From: Octopus vulgaris
Taxonomy: Eukaryota
Direction: 5' to 3'
Length of the DNA: 64,000 nt
Assembly (NCBI GenBank): GCA_951406725.2
Contig: OX597827.1
Coordinates: forward strand, 22,940,001 to 23,004,000
This document shows, one piece after another, positions 38,568-51,703 of this stretch (position 1 is its first letter; the number at the start of each line of letters is the position of its first letter). Position numbers and translations under genes: made by a program. The notes beneath the pieces were generated by a model. The model did no database searches, was not told the DNA's origin, and was given only the letters and a program-made list of their open reading frames with translations.

Positions 38568-40034
38568 CTGAAATGCAACAGAGCAGACACATTGATAATA
38601 TATATATATATATATATATACATATACATACATACACATACATACATACATATATGTACACACACACACATATATATGCATGTGTGTGTGTGAATTTTTG
38701 TGATCTTTTACCTTTTATTTGTTTCAGTCATTGGGTTGTGGCCATGCTGGGGCACCACCTTAACCACAGTACTTGTTTTCGTAAGCCTGGTACTTATTCT
38801 ATTGGTCTCTTTCGACAATCTGCTAAGTTATAGGGACAAACCATCACCAATTGTCAAGAGGTGGTGGTGAGGGACAAACACATACACACGACAGGCTTCT
38901 TTCAGTTTCCATTTGTGATATCCACACACAAAAGTTTGTTGGTGTGAGGCTATAGTAGAAGACACTTGCCCAAGGTGTCACACAGTGGGACTGAACCTGA
39001 AACCATGTGGTTGAGAAGCAAACTTCTTACCACACAGCCACACCTGTGCCTATATCCATATATATAATGGGAGGGATGAGGCTCAATTACGAACGGAGTC
39101 AGAGGAGTGTCGGTCGCAGTGAGAGACGCCATGTCTTGGGCATTTTTACAAAGGTGATGGAATGCAGCCCATCAAAGTCTTTATACAGATTATTTTTTCC
39201 AATGAGAGAGAGAGAGGAGAATAGGTGGGTGAGTGGGGTGAGAATAATCAATGATTATTCAACTGGTATTTTACTTCATCATCATCATCATTGTTTAACG
39301 TCCGCTTTCCATGCTAGCATGGGTTGGACGATTTGACTGAGGACTGGTGAACCAGATGGCTGCACCATGTTCCAATCTTGATTTGGCAGAGTTTCTACAG
39401 CTGGATGCCCTTCCTAATGCCAACCACTCCGAGAGTGTAGTGGGTGCTTTTACGTGCCAATGGTGATGTGGTGGAGAAAGAGTGAAGCCGTAAAAGTGAA
39501 GAGACAGGCTTGGAAAGACTGGAAGGAAAAGCAGGGCAGTAGAGAAGGATACGGGGGTTGCTTGAAGGGAAGCTAAACCAAAATGAGAAGTGGAATGTGA
39601 AAGGTTTGTTAATGTTCTACGATGTAAGGATCAAAGATGTGAGATCGTTCTGGATTGTAAAGCAGTGCACACGAGAAGGTTGTGACATTGTGCGTGAGAA
39701 GTGTAGAGGGATGGATAATGGGAGAGTTGTAACCATGCATATATATCTCAGGTCGGTTCCCATTGAGCAGATCTGTAACCAGACATTCCAGTCATGACCA
39801 TCTTGTCTTTCTGTACATCTACAACTACTTTATTCAATGTATGCTTCCTTTTTCAAGACAGCTGGATGGTATCTAAAGGAGATTTGGCTGCTATTTCTAG
39901 CAAATCAAGTGACAACATAGGAGCTGTTACTGCAGCTTGTATGTTCTTGAGATAGCTATATAGAAAACCTCGTGATTCCAACATTTTAATAATTAAGAAA
40001 ATAAAGTATAGTGGAACATATTTAAAAGGCTTAC

Positions 40035-40158
40035 CTCTGTAACTGCACACATCCTTGCTATGGACCCAATGTTGTTGGTGATGGTCACTAAGGTTGCTTT
40101 GGCTAAGTCATGCCGTGAAGCAATGTCGCGCCGCTCCTTCAGGTTCATATGACCAAAA
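40035..40158 (-). CDS. PANK: Pantothenate kinase exon 5
   Basis: SFGHM...[22 protein letters not shown]. 124 nt, GTAAGC donor. Confidence 0.96.
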
Positions 40159-41172
40159 CTTGAAGAAAGAGAAAGAAAACAGAGAAGTTGGTGGAGAGGG
40201 GGAGATGACACAGGTTCACACACACACAACTAGATATATTTCTTTACTGCCCACAAGGGGCTACACACAGAGGGGACAAACAAAGACTGGCAAACGGATT
40301 AAGTCGATTATATTGACCCCAGTGCGTAACTGGTACTTATTTAATCGACCCCGAAAGGATGAAAGGCAAAGTCGACCTGGGTGGAATTTGAACTCAGAAC
40401 GTAACGGCAGACGAAATACAACTACGCATTTTGCCCGGCGTGCTAACGTTTCTGCCAGCTCGCCATCCATCCATTTGCACTGCTCTTTATTCCTGGGAGG
40501 GTGTGGGGGTATCAGGTCCTCAGTCCCCTCCTCCTCTTTAGGGTCCTATCAGAAGCAATCATCATTAAACTGATTGATTCCTAAGCATAACCAATACAAA
40601 CAATATTGGCTTCAAATTTTGGCACAAGGCCAGCAATTTCGGGGGAGGTGGAGGATGCAGTCAATTACATCGACCCCCAGTGCTCAACTGGTACTTCTGT
40701 TATTGACCCTGAAATGAGAAAAAAGCAGAGTCGACCATGGCGGAATTTGAACTTAGAGTGTAAAGACGGATGAAATACTGCTGAGCATTTCTGCCCAGCA
40801 TGCGACCGATTCTGCCGGCTGACTGCCTTTCTGAGACTATGGATATCATTCAACCATTTTGCTCTTTGTCTACCCTAGGGCTCTCCTGTTAACTGGCAGC
40901 CATCATAAACTAAATTCTTGATTTACAAACTATTGAAATATAGGTACAACCAGGTCACATCTCTGACGGGCCAAAATGCAATATATCCACCCATCCAAAA
41001 CATCACAACTATTTTATCACTCCTGTCAGCATCTTGAATCACTCCAACAACACCTCATCTCCAAACTGGCAGGACCATAGCTCACCTCTCCACCACACAC
41101 ACAACTCACCACCCCATCTTCACCACCAACGCCATCATGCCTCCCCTCCCATTCATTCTACCTTCTACTCAC

Positions 41173-41349
41173 CTGCTGGCCACTGCATCTCCAGACAGAC
41201 AAAACTTGGTGTAATCACCACCATAAATGTCTTTTACCAGTCTGTCTACCTTGGTGCTGTCTCCTTGTGAGGCCATCTGTATTGCTTCTTCAAATGTTTC
41301 GCAGCCTGTTAGTAAACAGCAAAGACCCAGGAAGGTACCGCCGCCTAAA
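41173..41349 (-). CDS. PANK: Pantothenate kinase exon 4
   Basis: [23 protein letters not shown]...[13 protein letters not shown]...AVAS. 177 nt, phase 2/2. Confidence 0.96.
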
Positions 41350-42184
41350 CTGTACGAGGGCACAGCAGACAAAAGAAGACAAGTTGTAAAGACAAAAAAA
41401 ACATAATGGGACAACAAATGGTACATTAGTTTATATTGCTCAACACCTCAGTTTACCTTGAAAGATCACTCATTATCAAAAGCCTTCCAGTCATGACCAT
41501 CCCATCTTTTTGCATATAAAGAACAACATTGTCCAGTATAGCCTTTTTAACCCTTTAGAATTCAGATTATTCTGTTAAATATAATCCTTATATATTCACG
41601 TTGTTTTGAATTAATTGGGTATTATCTCTTAGTTTTGAGATGATGCGACTGTTTATTTTTAGAATGACATTGCAGGCTAAGTGTGAGAGACCTGATCTAG
41701 TCAGTTTGAACACAAAACAGGCAGAATATACCTAGGCTGGATATAGCCAGTTTGAATGCTAAAGGGTTAAGCTGGTAATGTGATATTTAAGGAAAATTTG
41801 GCTGCTATTTCTAACAGTACAAGGGTCAATTTGCTCGACTTGAAGTCAAGGCAGTGCCCCAGCATGGCCACAGTTTAATGATGGATACAAGTAAAAGAAT
41901 AAGAGAAAAACCATTTAAGAATCTTCAGAAACAAAAAAAAAATGTCAAATGAAGGACAGTAAAACTGTTTGTTTTGGAAAACTTAGTCTGATTAGAAAAT
42001 GAAAGAAACCTTCCCTTGAGAGACACACAGACACTGGTCAGGGGCCGTGTTTAGTGATTAGGGTTCCCAACAAACACAGGTACATCTGTGAAGTTGTTTG
42101 ACAATTAAATACCTCACTTAACACTGAGTGGGTTACTAGGTCACTGAGTTGCTGCATTCAAAAGGATCCCATCTTCAACTAGAA

Positions 42185-42717
42185 CAGTACTTTCCAACCC
42201 CATTTTGAGGAGGGGCCTTAGACTCCTTCCATTCTGATTTTACTCTGCTAGACCTCCAGCTGTGGAGGTCTGAGTAGAGTAAAATATTATATATTCTTTT
42301 AATTTTTTTACTTGTTTCAGTCATTTGACTGCGGCCATGCTGCAGCACCACCTTTAGTTGAACAAATTGACACCAGGACTAATTCTTTGTAAGCTTTGTA
42401 CTTATTCTAATGGTCTCTTTTGCTGAACTGCTAAATTACAGGAACGTAAACACATCAACATCAGTTGTCAAGCAATGATGGGACACACACAAACACACAT
42501 TATAAATATATATATATATATAATGTGTTTGCGTGTGTGTGTGTGTGATCACATGTGAATCATTGGCGATTTTCTTCCTCTGTCTTCCCTTCATTTGGAC
42601 TTTCCTCTATTACTGAAGAAGAGCTTTACTCGAAACGTTAAATCCTCTTTTCTTCCCTGAGCGTCTGATAATACATTACTTATACCACGTCCTTGTGTTG
42701 CTGTTTTTCCATGTTAA

Positions 42718-42752
<35 letters not shown>

Positions 42753-43307
42753 TACATACATGTAAAAAGCACTATCCAAACGTGATCCATGCTAGGCCCA
42801 CCTAACTGGCTCCTGTGCGGGTGGTATATAAAAAGCACCCACTACACTCTCGGAGTGGTTGGCGTTAAGAAGGGCATCCAGCTGTAGAAACACTCCCAGA
42901 CCAGATTGGAACCTGGTGCAGCCACTGGCTTTCCAGACCTCAGTCAAACTGTCCAACCCATGCCAGCATGGAAAATGGACGTTTAACGATGATGATGATG
43001 ATGACATATACATGACAGGCTTCTTTCAGTTTCCATCAACCAAATCCACTCACAAGGCTTGGTCAAGCTGAGGCTATAGTAGAAGACACATGCCCAAGGT
43101 GCCACACAGAAGGACTGATCCTGGAACCATGTGGTTGGTAAGCAAGCTTCTTACCACACAGCCACTCCTGTATTTCTATAATTAAATATTATGAGGAATT
43201 GTATTAAAAAAATTAAATTATTTTGTGTATTATAAAAAGTATAACCAGTTTATTGTACGTAAATTTTAACAACAAAATTTTACATGGACCCCGGTTGAGA
43301 ACCATTG
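42185..43307. mobile_element. hAT-type MITE carrying nested SINE, hammerhead unit and RTE tail
   Basis: CAGT.../...CATTG ends, flanked by AACTAGAA / GTCTAGAA (Charlie-like NTCTAGAN target). Confidence 0.6.
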
Positions 43308-46046
43308 GTCTAGAATGTTCAAACGGTCCATCAAACGGACAGACAACAAACTCTCTTTGCTAGAAACTGTAGGAAAAGTTCAGGGTGTGTGTGGGGACTT
43401 CATAAATGTTGGTGGAATCAGGTGAGGCAAAGGGTGTAAACTTGGAAAGGGTCTCAAACATTTTGCTTCAGGAATTTTATTCCTCTTCACTGCAAAAATC
43501 CTACCATGACCACTACCAGTCTAAAGTAAATGTAAATGCAAAGAGAGAAAATACTCAGGGATATGCTCTGCATTAAAACCAAACAGTAAAATCAGCATTA
43601 ACACAATATAGTGGAACAAGAAACATTAAGTAAATTAAATTAGATTTTTACTGGTGAAGGGAGAAATAATCATTTGCTTAACGAACAATTCTGGTTAAGA
43701 AAGGCAGAGGAAACAACTCCTGGATTTAATTCGTTAAAATTTATTGAATCACTTCTCCAAGAATGCTAAAAATGAGCTTAGTGTAGAAGAGGCAGAAATA
43801 CAAAGAGAGAGAGGGGGAGAGGGGAGAGAGAGAGTGTATTAAAAACAATGTTGCAAATGAGGAGTTCAAATTCAGTGCAAAGCTGGAGAAGGTAAAAGGC
43901 CATTACGGTTCATCTTGCCAAGACCAGGTTTCCTTATTACGTCCCAGGTTTTGTGATTATATCCATCATGGACATTGAAATCACCAAGGAGGAGGATCTT
44001 ACCTGCGTTTAGAACCAAAGTTATGACCGAGCTACGAACTCAATAGAAAACTACTAGAAATTCACTGTTGCAATAAAGAAAGGGAGCAAAAACAGAAAGG
44101 ACAGTTCCAAAATGGTTGCATGATAAAGGCACTGAAAAGTGCACGAGTCCCTAAAAAAAACCATGAGTTTGCTCTAGTAGGTTGCTTAACCCAACACAAA
44201 CACACACACTGTCATCTCACCCAGGTTTCTGACAGTGCAACAATGTCAATATTATATTAAGCAAACCCTTTCACTCTTTTGCCAGTTCATTTTCCATGGT
44301 AACACTTGACACTTCCTAATCAACAAGTCTCCTGACATTCCAGGTTGCCACCTTTAATCTGTATTTCATGCCTATGTTTCTTCTGCTGTTGTGAACAGGT
44401 CATCTGCAGCTTGCTAACCAGCTTGATGGTCAAATGAGCATTTGTTTAGGTCATCTTTTCCATGTCAGGTCACTCTCGAAAGCTACTGGTAACATGTAAC
44501 CCAGTACAACCTATTGCATGGTCGGGTCATCAGTGTTAAACCAGCAAACTGAACAAGCCCTTGCTTAGGGGAGAGGATGATGTGACACGGTTTTCATCTG
44601 CTACTAATATATTTCTGTGATTTTTAACACTGTATACTCTATAAGGATGATTATCACGGTTAGGTCTCCAATGATGTATCTGCTTTAAGTATGATATACA
44701 GACTGCCATTTTAATCTAATACTGTTTCTGTTGCACATAATGAATTTTTATTCACCTTGCCAACTAATTGCAACATCAGTGACTTTTCAATTATTGTTTT
44801 ACTGTATCAGTAACAGTAGATTTTGTTGCATAACATGCAGTTGTCAGAGAATCCTTGCTTCTGAGGAAACCCAAAGAGACAAAAATGGAGAACTTAGCAA
44901 TGCCACTCCCATTGTCGGATGATTTTCATCTGCTTCTGATACATTTTTGTGTTTTTTAACACTGTATGGTTATAGAGATGCTATCTCAAGACAAATAATA
45001 ATCATCATCATCGTTTAACGTCCGTTTTCCATGCTAGCATGGGTTGGACGGTTCAACTGGGGTCTGGGAAGCCAGGAGGTTGCACCAGGCTCCACTCTGA
45101 TCTGGCAGTGTTTCTACAGCTGGATGCCCTTCCTAACGCCAACTACTCCTTGAGTGTAGTGGGTGCTTTTTACGTGTCGCCAGCAGAGGTGCCAGGGGAG
45201 GCTGGCAGTGACCACAATCAGTTGGTGCTTTTTATGGGCCACCTGCATGGAAGCCAGTCAAGGCGGCGCTGGCATCGGTCACGTTTAGATGGTGCTTTTT
45301 ACGTGAAACCGGCACAGGTATCACAACTACAATTTCCATTTGATTTTTATTTTGATGTTGGTGTTCTAAATTAAGCTTACAATGACGTGTCCACTTTAAG
45401 TATGATAAATTGCTATATGTACATATAATGTTAGTCAGATAAATGTGATTGAACAAAAGAGTTAAAATGGGCTGAGACAAAAAGAAAAAAAAGATATATG
45501 GATCATCAGATGCATTAACTTGGACAAGTAATGTGTATTGTTGACAAAGAAGTGTCAGGAGATCTGTGTGAACAGACACTTTGGAAGAGGAAGACCAAAG
45601 AAGTTATGGGCAGAAGTGTCGAAAGCCAAACTCAGGAGGTTTGCTAAATCTCCCAAAAGAAATGAGAAAGGAATGTAAGAAATGTTAAGAGGCTGTGTTG
45701 GAGAGGATTCATCTAACCCATGATAGCATGGAAAAGTGGGTGGGAAAAGGATGATGAAAAACTACACCCCCACACACATACATATATACATACGGGTATA
45801 ATGTGTATACTTAAGATTTTATGATAAGAAACTATGCGTGACTCTAGAGCCATTTGTGTGGAATCTGGTCTGACCACTTAGATAAATGACAAGACACAAG
45901 ACATTGATTTGATGTTTATAGTGACAAAAATATCAACACACACACACACACAAATATTTGCCATAACTCTTTTAGCATTTTATTTAGGTTTTTTAAGAAA
46001 ATCATTTTTACTTCATGACAAACTTCAATTAGTTAAATGAATGTCT

Positions 46047-46111
<65 letters not shown>

Positions 46112-46699
46112 GAGGGGGAGGAGAGAGGGGGAGTGGGAGGAGAGAGGGGGGTGAGAGAGAGAGAGAGGGGATGTGCAAGTGTGTGTATATGTGTGTGTTG
46201 GCATAAAACTTGTATTAAGTAGCAGTTCTATGCCAAAACCGAGAATGGTCTAATCAGGGTTAGTTGAACCATTAAAGTGGTTCCATTAAAATATTGATTT
46301 AATTTAAATAAAACAACAGAAACGAAATCAAATATTCCGTCTTATTCTTTGAGAGCAACCTATCTGATAGTCTTCTGGTCTCAAGTAGGTTGGTATCATC
46401 ATAAAACCAGAGAGGGGTGGGTGGCCTCAGGCGGACTTGGTATGCAGAAACCTTATATAGGTCTGTCAGCAGAAACCATTTACCCCGTTCTTGGGTGGTA
46501 GCCATATTTCGTTGACTAGTTCCACTTCCCTCTCTCAACTTAGGTCTTTATCTTGCAAGTTACTTGGCGACCCAGCTGGTGCTGGTGCCACATAAAAAGC
46601 AGCTGTACTGGCACCACATAAAAACATCCAGGTGAAGGAACATTGCCAAAACAGATGGCTGGAGCCAGCTCCTGTCAAACCATTGGTAGGGATATCATC

Positions 46700-46975
46700 A
46701 TCATCATCATTGTTCGACCGTGATCGAGACAATGGAATTTACTATGTTATGCCAGACTTCACGGTCCATCATAGCATTACGGAGGTCCTGTTGCTGGATG
46801 CCTGTATCCCTGGAGATTACATCAGGGTAGGAGAGTGTGTGCCCTCTGGTATCGCGAGCAGATTGCTTCCAGAGGAGAATAGTAGAAATTACCTTGTTTT
46901 CAGCTCTACAACAATGTCCAACGAACTGGACTCTTCTACCATGCAAACCATGCATCTCCTGTTTGTCTTCATTTC
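46700..46975 (-). mobile_element. 3' end of another RTE-like LINE
   Basis: LSYPDVISRDTGIQQQDLRNAMMDREVW followed by a (GAT)n tail. Confidence 0.7.
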
Positions 46976-47537
46976 TGATCTCTCTCTCTCTCTCTCTCTT
47001 TCCCTGGCTGGGTAACCATGTACCTCCTCTACAACAAGACACCTGTTTATATCTCTCTGTCTCACTATAACCTTTCATCATCTGACACAATGCCCTCCAA
47101 TACCTCCTCCCCTTTCAAAAGATTTTTTTTGCCTTGCAAGGTATTTGGTGATCCTGTCAGTGCAGGTGCCACTTAAAAAGCAACCAGTCCACATTGTAAA
47201 GTGGTTGGCATTTGGAAGGGCATCCAGTTGTAAAAACCTTGCCAAAACTGACTTCACCTATCTTTGTGCCATGTAAAAAGCACAAAGTCCACTCTGCTGA
47301 GTGGTTGGTGTTAGGAAGGGTATCCAGCTGTAAAAATCCTGCCAAAATAGTCACAGAAGTCTGGCACAGGCTTCTGCTTGGCCAGCTCCTGTCAAACCAT
47401 TCCACCCATGCCAGCATGGAAGGCGGACGTTAAACGAGGATGATGAAACAATCATAACAAAGCAGGTTCTATGTAGTTGCTTGAACTTGTCAAAACAGTA
47501 ACCAAATCCTTCTCCAGTCAGACCCTATTATCTAAAA

Positions 47538-47792
47538 CAGTGGTTCTCAACCAGGGCCCGCATGGGCCTTTGGGGTCCATATGATATTTTGCTAAAATTC
47601 ATCTGCAATAAATTAGTTATGCTTCTGAATTACATAAAATGTCTTAACAACCATTTTATACAATTTCTAATAATATTCAATTATAAGAATACCAGAGGAG
47701 GTTTTAGAACATCAAATGGCTATAGGGGTCCACTCAAGTAAAATAGAAATAGAGAGGGTCCATGGGTAAAAAAAAATGATTGAGAGTCACTG
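47538..47792. mobile_element. hAT MITE (related copy at 62600-63077)
   Basis: TIR CAGTGGTTCTCAA/TTGAGAGTCACTG and exact 8-bp TSD ATCTAAAA. Confidence 0.9.
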
Positions 47793-47974
47793 ATCTAAAA
47801 AAAAAGAATATTACATAAAGAAGAATAAAGAGGGTGTGGTTGGAATGCTTTCAATCATAGGTCTACTTACTGGATCAGGGATGACCCTGGGTTAAACAAC
47901 AACCTTATCGCCCTACTCAAAAAGGAAGTAAAAAAAATGTAGAAATCTATCTCGAGTGAAAGAAGAGTACATAC

Positions 47975-48222
47975 CTGGTCCCACTGACACGCTTGTAGTC
48001 ATCAGGTGAACGAACAGCCAAAATGCTGACCCCAGATCCAATGTTTACGACCAAATATGGATATGGATCCCTAAAATCAAATGTGACCTTTTCACATTTC
48101 TCACAGTTGTCTGGATTTTTCCAGTAGTAGCATTCCGATTTGTCGTTGTTGCGGTCAATGTAATTAATACCCTTAATGAGGCAGTCGAGTTCGTCAAATT
48201 TGTGAAGTTTCAATTGAACATG
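47975..48222 (-). CDS. PANK: Pantothenate kinase exon 3
   Basis: [11 protein letters not shown]...[18 protein letters not shown]...YKRVSGT. Canonical splice sites, 248 nt. Confidence 0.96.
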
Positions 48223-48753
48223 CTGTGAGAAGAGAGAGAGACACGATGCGGTTACTGGATGTGTGTGTAGGCATATTCTTTTATTCTTTTACCTGTTTCA
48301 GTCATTTGACTGCGGCCATGCTGGAGCACCGCCTTTACTCGAGCAAATCGACCCCAGGACATATTCTTTGGAAGCCTAGTAGTTATTCAAGGCTTTGGTC
48401 GGCCCAAGGCTATAGTAGAAGACACTTGCCCAAGGTGTCACGCAGTAGAACTGAACCCGGAACCATGTAGTTGGTAAGCAAGCTTCTTACCACACAGCCA
48501 CTCCTGCGCCTATGTATAATTTGTATATATGTCCAACCCATGCCAGCATGGACAACGGACATTAAAAGATGATGGCGTAAACATCCACACCCACATGAAC
48601 CAACATCCTTCCCACATGCATGCAATCATAGTAACACATTGAAAGTTGTTGCAAATGATGATGATAATGAGGATGATGATGATGACACAAAAAAAAAGAG
48701 AATAAAAGACAAAACAAGACAACAAAGAACAAGAGAAGAATTTGAAACCTTAC

Positions 48754-49106
48754 CTCTTTGAAATCTGACTCAAATTTAAAAGCGCCACCTCCAGTCGCAC
48801 AAATTGCCTTTGCTAGTTTGGAGAAATTCTTAGAACGAGCCAGTTCAATGAACCGCATCATGTCATTGGTCGGGAATCGGATAAAATGGAGGCTGCCCCT
48901 TTTACCTCCAATGTGTTGGTCAGGCATCTCCAGGTGGACATCTCGAATGCCCGTCTGGCCATATGCAACATTGCCAGTCAAATATTTCCGTATTGTGCGC
49001 AGGGTCTCCAGCTGTTCCGTGTCACCTTGGTCCGACACATCTTTTGGCTCAAAGTAGACCAGCTTTGTTAGTGTCCCTCCAATATCCATGCCAAACCAAG
49101 GCATCG
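48754..49106 (-). CDS. PANK: Pantothenate kinase exon 2
   Basis: [19 protein letters not shown] and [10 protein letters not shown] type II PanK motifs. CAG acceptor, GAG|GTAAGG donor. Confidence 0.96.
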
Positions 49107-49229
49107 CTGTGAGACAGATGGAGAGAAGAGATAGACAGGTGACAGGAAAAATAAAAAGGGACATATACATATAAAATTCTAACCAGCATGGAGAGGAAAA
49201 GATGGAGTGAAATCGAATATACTTCAGCA

Positions 49230-49520
49230 CTGATGAAACAAGCCATCAGATGAACTTGGGAGATTTCAGGAAGCATGGAAGTTTCGAAGAATGTTGTGTC
49301 TCGACAGCTGACAACTGATGCGGGTAGTTTATTCCATGCTTCAGCAATTCTGAGAGTGAAAAATAGTTTCTGAAAGTCATGGGTGCTGTGTTGTTTTTTG
49401 AAAACATGTACACGAGTGTTTGTCATATGGAATTCAAAAAGGGGCCTAAGATTGTTGTTGGAAACATGGTGAATAATTTTGTTTATAATAAACTTTATTT
49501 TACATTTCTTGCCCACAATA
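49230..49520 (-). mobile_element. CR1/L2-like LINE 3' fragment
   Basis: FFTLRIAEAWNKLPASVVS motif. Confidence 0.7.
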
Positions 49521-50729
49521 GATTATGTCTGATCTTTAGCATACTGCTGTATGTCTTCTCAAATCCTGATCACAGGAAAAGTTGTTGATAAGAATTATCA
49601 ACAACAACAAAACAGATGAATATGTACAGGTGTTGCAAAATAAGTTTTATAACCAATAAACATCAGTTTGGATGGCACTTTACTCAACCGAGTAAAATGT
49701 GTAAAATACGGCCTTGACTGTGATTACCAGCATGAACATCAGACTTCAAATAATAGTCAACCATTTAATGGTTTTAGTAAATTTATACAGAAAAAGGAAG
49801 AATTATACTGTCCAGCATAAATAAAAGTCAACTTTATTATATTTAAATCCATTAAATATGTCAACTTCTGGTATGAATGTTTACACTTGGAATGTCTTTT
49901 TTCAACAAAAGAAATTCTAAAATATTCTGGAAACAGTTTACTCCTGTAATTTAAGCACCCCCTAAAGTTTATTATACTTTTTTGCGAAAAAAGTGCATAA
50001 ATTACATGGGTTTTTACAGTCTTCAAATCATAGCCTAATTCAGCTTCTGTCTTCCCCTTCTCTTCTTTATTCCCTCTTAGAGTAATGGGAACTCTTTAGT
50101 TCTAAGAGTAACAAGGTGACCTCAGTAGTGCTGGTGCCACTGCACAGGGTAAAGTGGTCAGTGACAGAAAAGACATTCAAGCATAAAAGCCAAAACCAAG
50201 ACATGGGAGTGAAACTGAGTAAAGATTGACTCAATATGTGACAGCCTCTCCAACCCATGCCAACCCAGAAAACTAAAGTAACGATGATGATATTAACATA
50301 CACCAGACAGGAATAAATACTGGGGGTGATATCATGTGATCATGTGATTGACCAGATTATGGGACGTTGTTACACAAGACTGGTCACAATGTACTTTGCA
50401 TTGTTTTTTTTTGGCTTTTGAATGAAGGCTAAGTGAGCAGGCCCACATTCCCCCTGATCAGAAGGGTAGGCCATTACAGGGTTACTCATGTTTGTTGGCT
50501 GAGTGTACTGGAGCAACATGAAATGGAGTGTTTTGCTCAAGAACACAATGTGCAGTCAGTCTGGGAATCAAAACAACAATCTCAGAATTGTGAGTACAAC
50601 ACACCTAACCCCTGAGCACAAACCTTCACACTGGAGTTAATATAATTGACTAAAACCATAAAAGTAGAACTCCAGATAGACAACAGTCTATTGGCTTTTA
50701 TTGTTTAATTGATTAGTGAGGGAGGGCAG

Positions 50730-51068
50730 AGCAGCATCGCTGAAGGGCAGTGTCCTGGAAGGGCAATATCCCTGAAGAGTAGTGTCCCCGAACGGCAGCA
50801 TCCCCAAACAGCAATGTCCCTGAAGAGCAGCGTCCTTGAAGGGCAGCATCTTCGAAGGGCAGCATTTTCAAAAAGCAGTGTCCCTAAAGGGTAGCATCCT
50901 TGAAGGGCAGTGTCCCTGAAGAGCAGCACCCTCAAAAAGCAGTGTCCCTGAAGAGCAATGTCCTCAAAGGGCAGTGTACCCAAAGGGCAATGTCCCTGAA
51001 GAGCAGTGTCCTCGAAGGGCAGCGTCCTTGAAAAGCAGTGTCCCCAAAGGGCTCCCTGAAGGGCAGTA
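50730..51068. repeat. 16-nt minisatellite (GGGCAGTGTCCCTGAA)x~20
   Basis: Direct reading, with diverged units. Confidence 0.92.
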
Positions 51069-51663
51069 CCAATGAACTCAAGAAGGAAAGAATGGTGGAA
51101 GGCCTGGTCTAAATCCTTGCAGCAGAGTGAACTCTTGTTAAGCATGAACGAGTCAGAATAGAAACAGCTGGAACAAAACATTACAAACTTCTTGTCTGAT
51201 GCCCTATCAATCTCACCAATCCATTTTAAAAAAAAAAATTTTTATTGGTCCTGAAATTATGAAATGCAAAAATGAGCTCAAAAATGCAACATATGTTGGT
51301 TTCAAATTTTAGCACAAGGCCGCAATTTCGGGGAAGGGGTGGGGGTAGGTCACTTAAATCGACCCTAGAGTTCAACTGGTGCTTATTTTATCAACCCTGA
51401 AAGGATGAAAGGCTGTCGACCTTGATGGAATTTGAATTCAGAATGTAAAGACAGAAGAAGTGCCACTGAGCATTTTGCTCAGCATATAACAATTCCTGCC
51501 AGCTCATGGCCTGGAGCCAAAACAAAATATCACAAGCCATTTCGTCCTACCCACCAATGAGTTGGCCAATTCACTGCCAACAATACACAGAATAAAAGAA
51601 ACAAAAATAAAAAAAAACGCAATAAAAAAGACCAAAATATAAAAAGAGAGAAACGGTACTTAC

Positions 51664-51703
51664 GAGGTGTTCCATTGTGGCAACAATTTAATTCCTGGTT
51701 CAT
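51664..51703 (-). CDS. PANK: Pantothenate kinase, coding exon 1 (MNQELNCCHNGTP)
   Basis: ATG at 51703 and perfect GTAAGT donor. 40 nt, phase 1, fits exon 2 (C|CG). Similar in length to short vertebrate PANK N-termini. Other upstream first exons are not excluded. Confidence 0.72.

Noticed and set aside
38568-40034. miR-103/107 in PANK intron 5
   Set aside because: That arrangement is known from vertebrates. I found no AGCAGCATTGTACAGGGC-like sequence or hairpin here, and the intron is filled with SINE and RTE pieces.
50730-51068. CRISPR-like array
   Set aside because: Contiguous diverged units with no unique spacers, in eukaryotic context with no cas genes.
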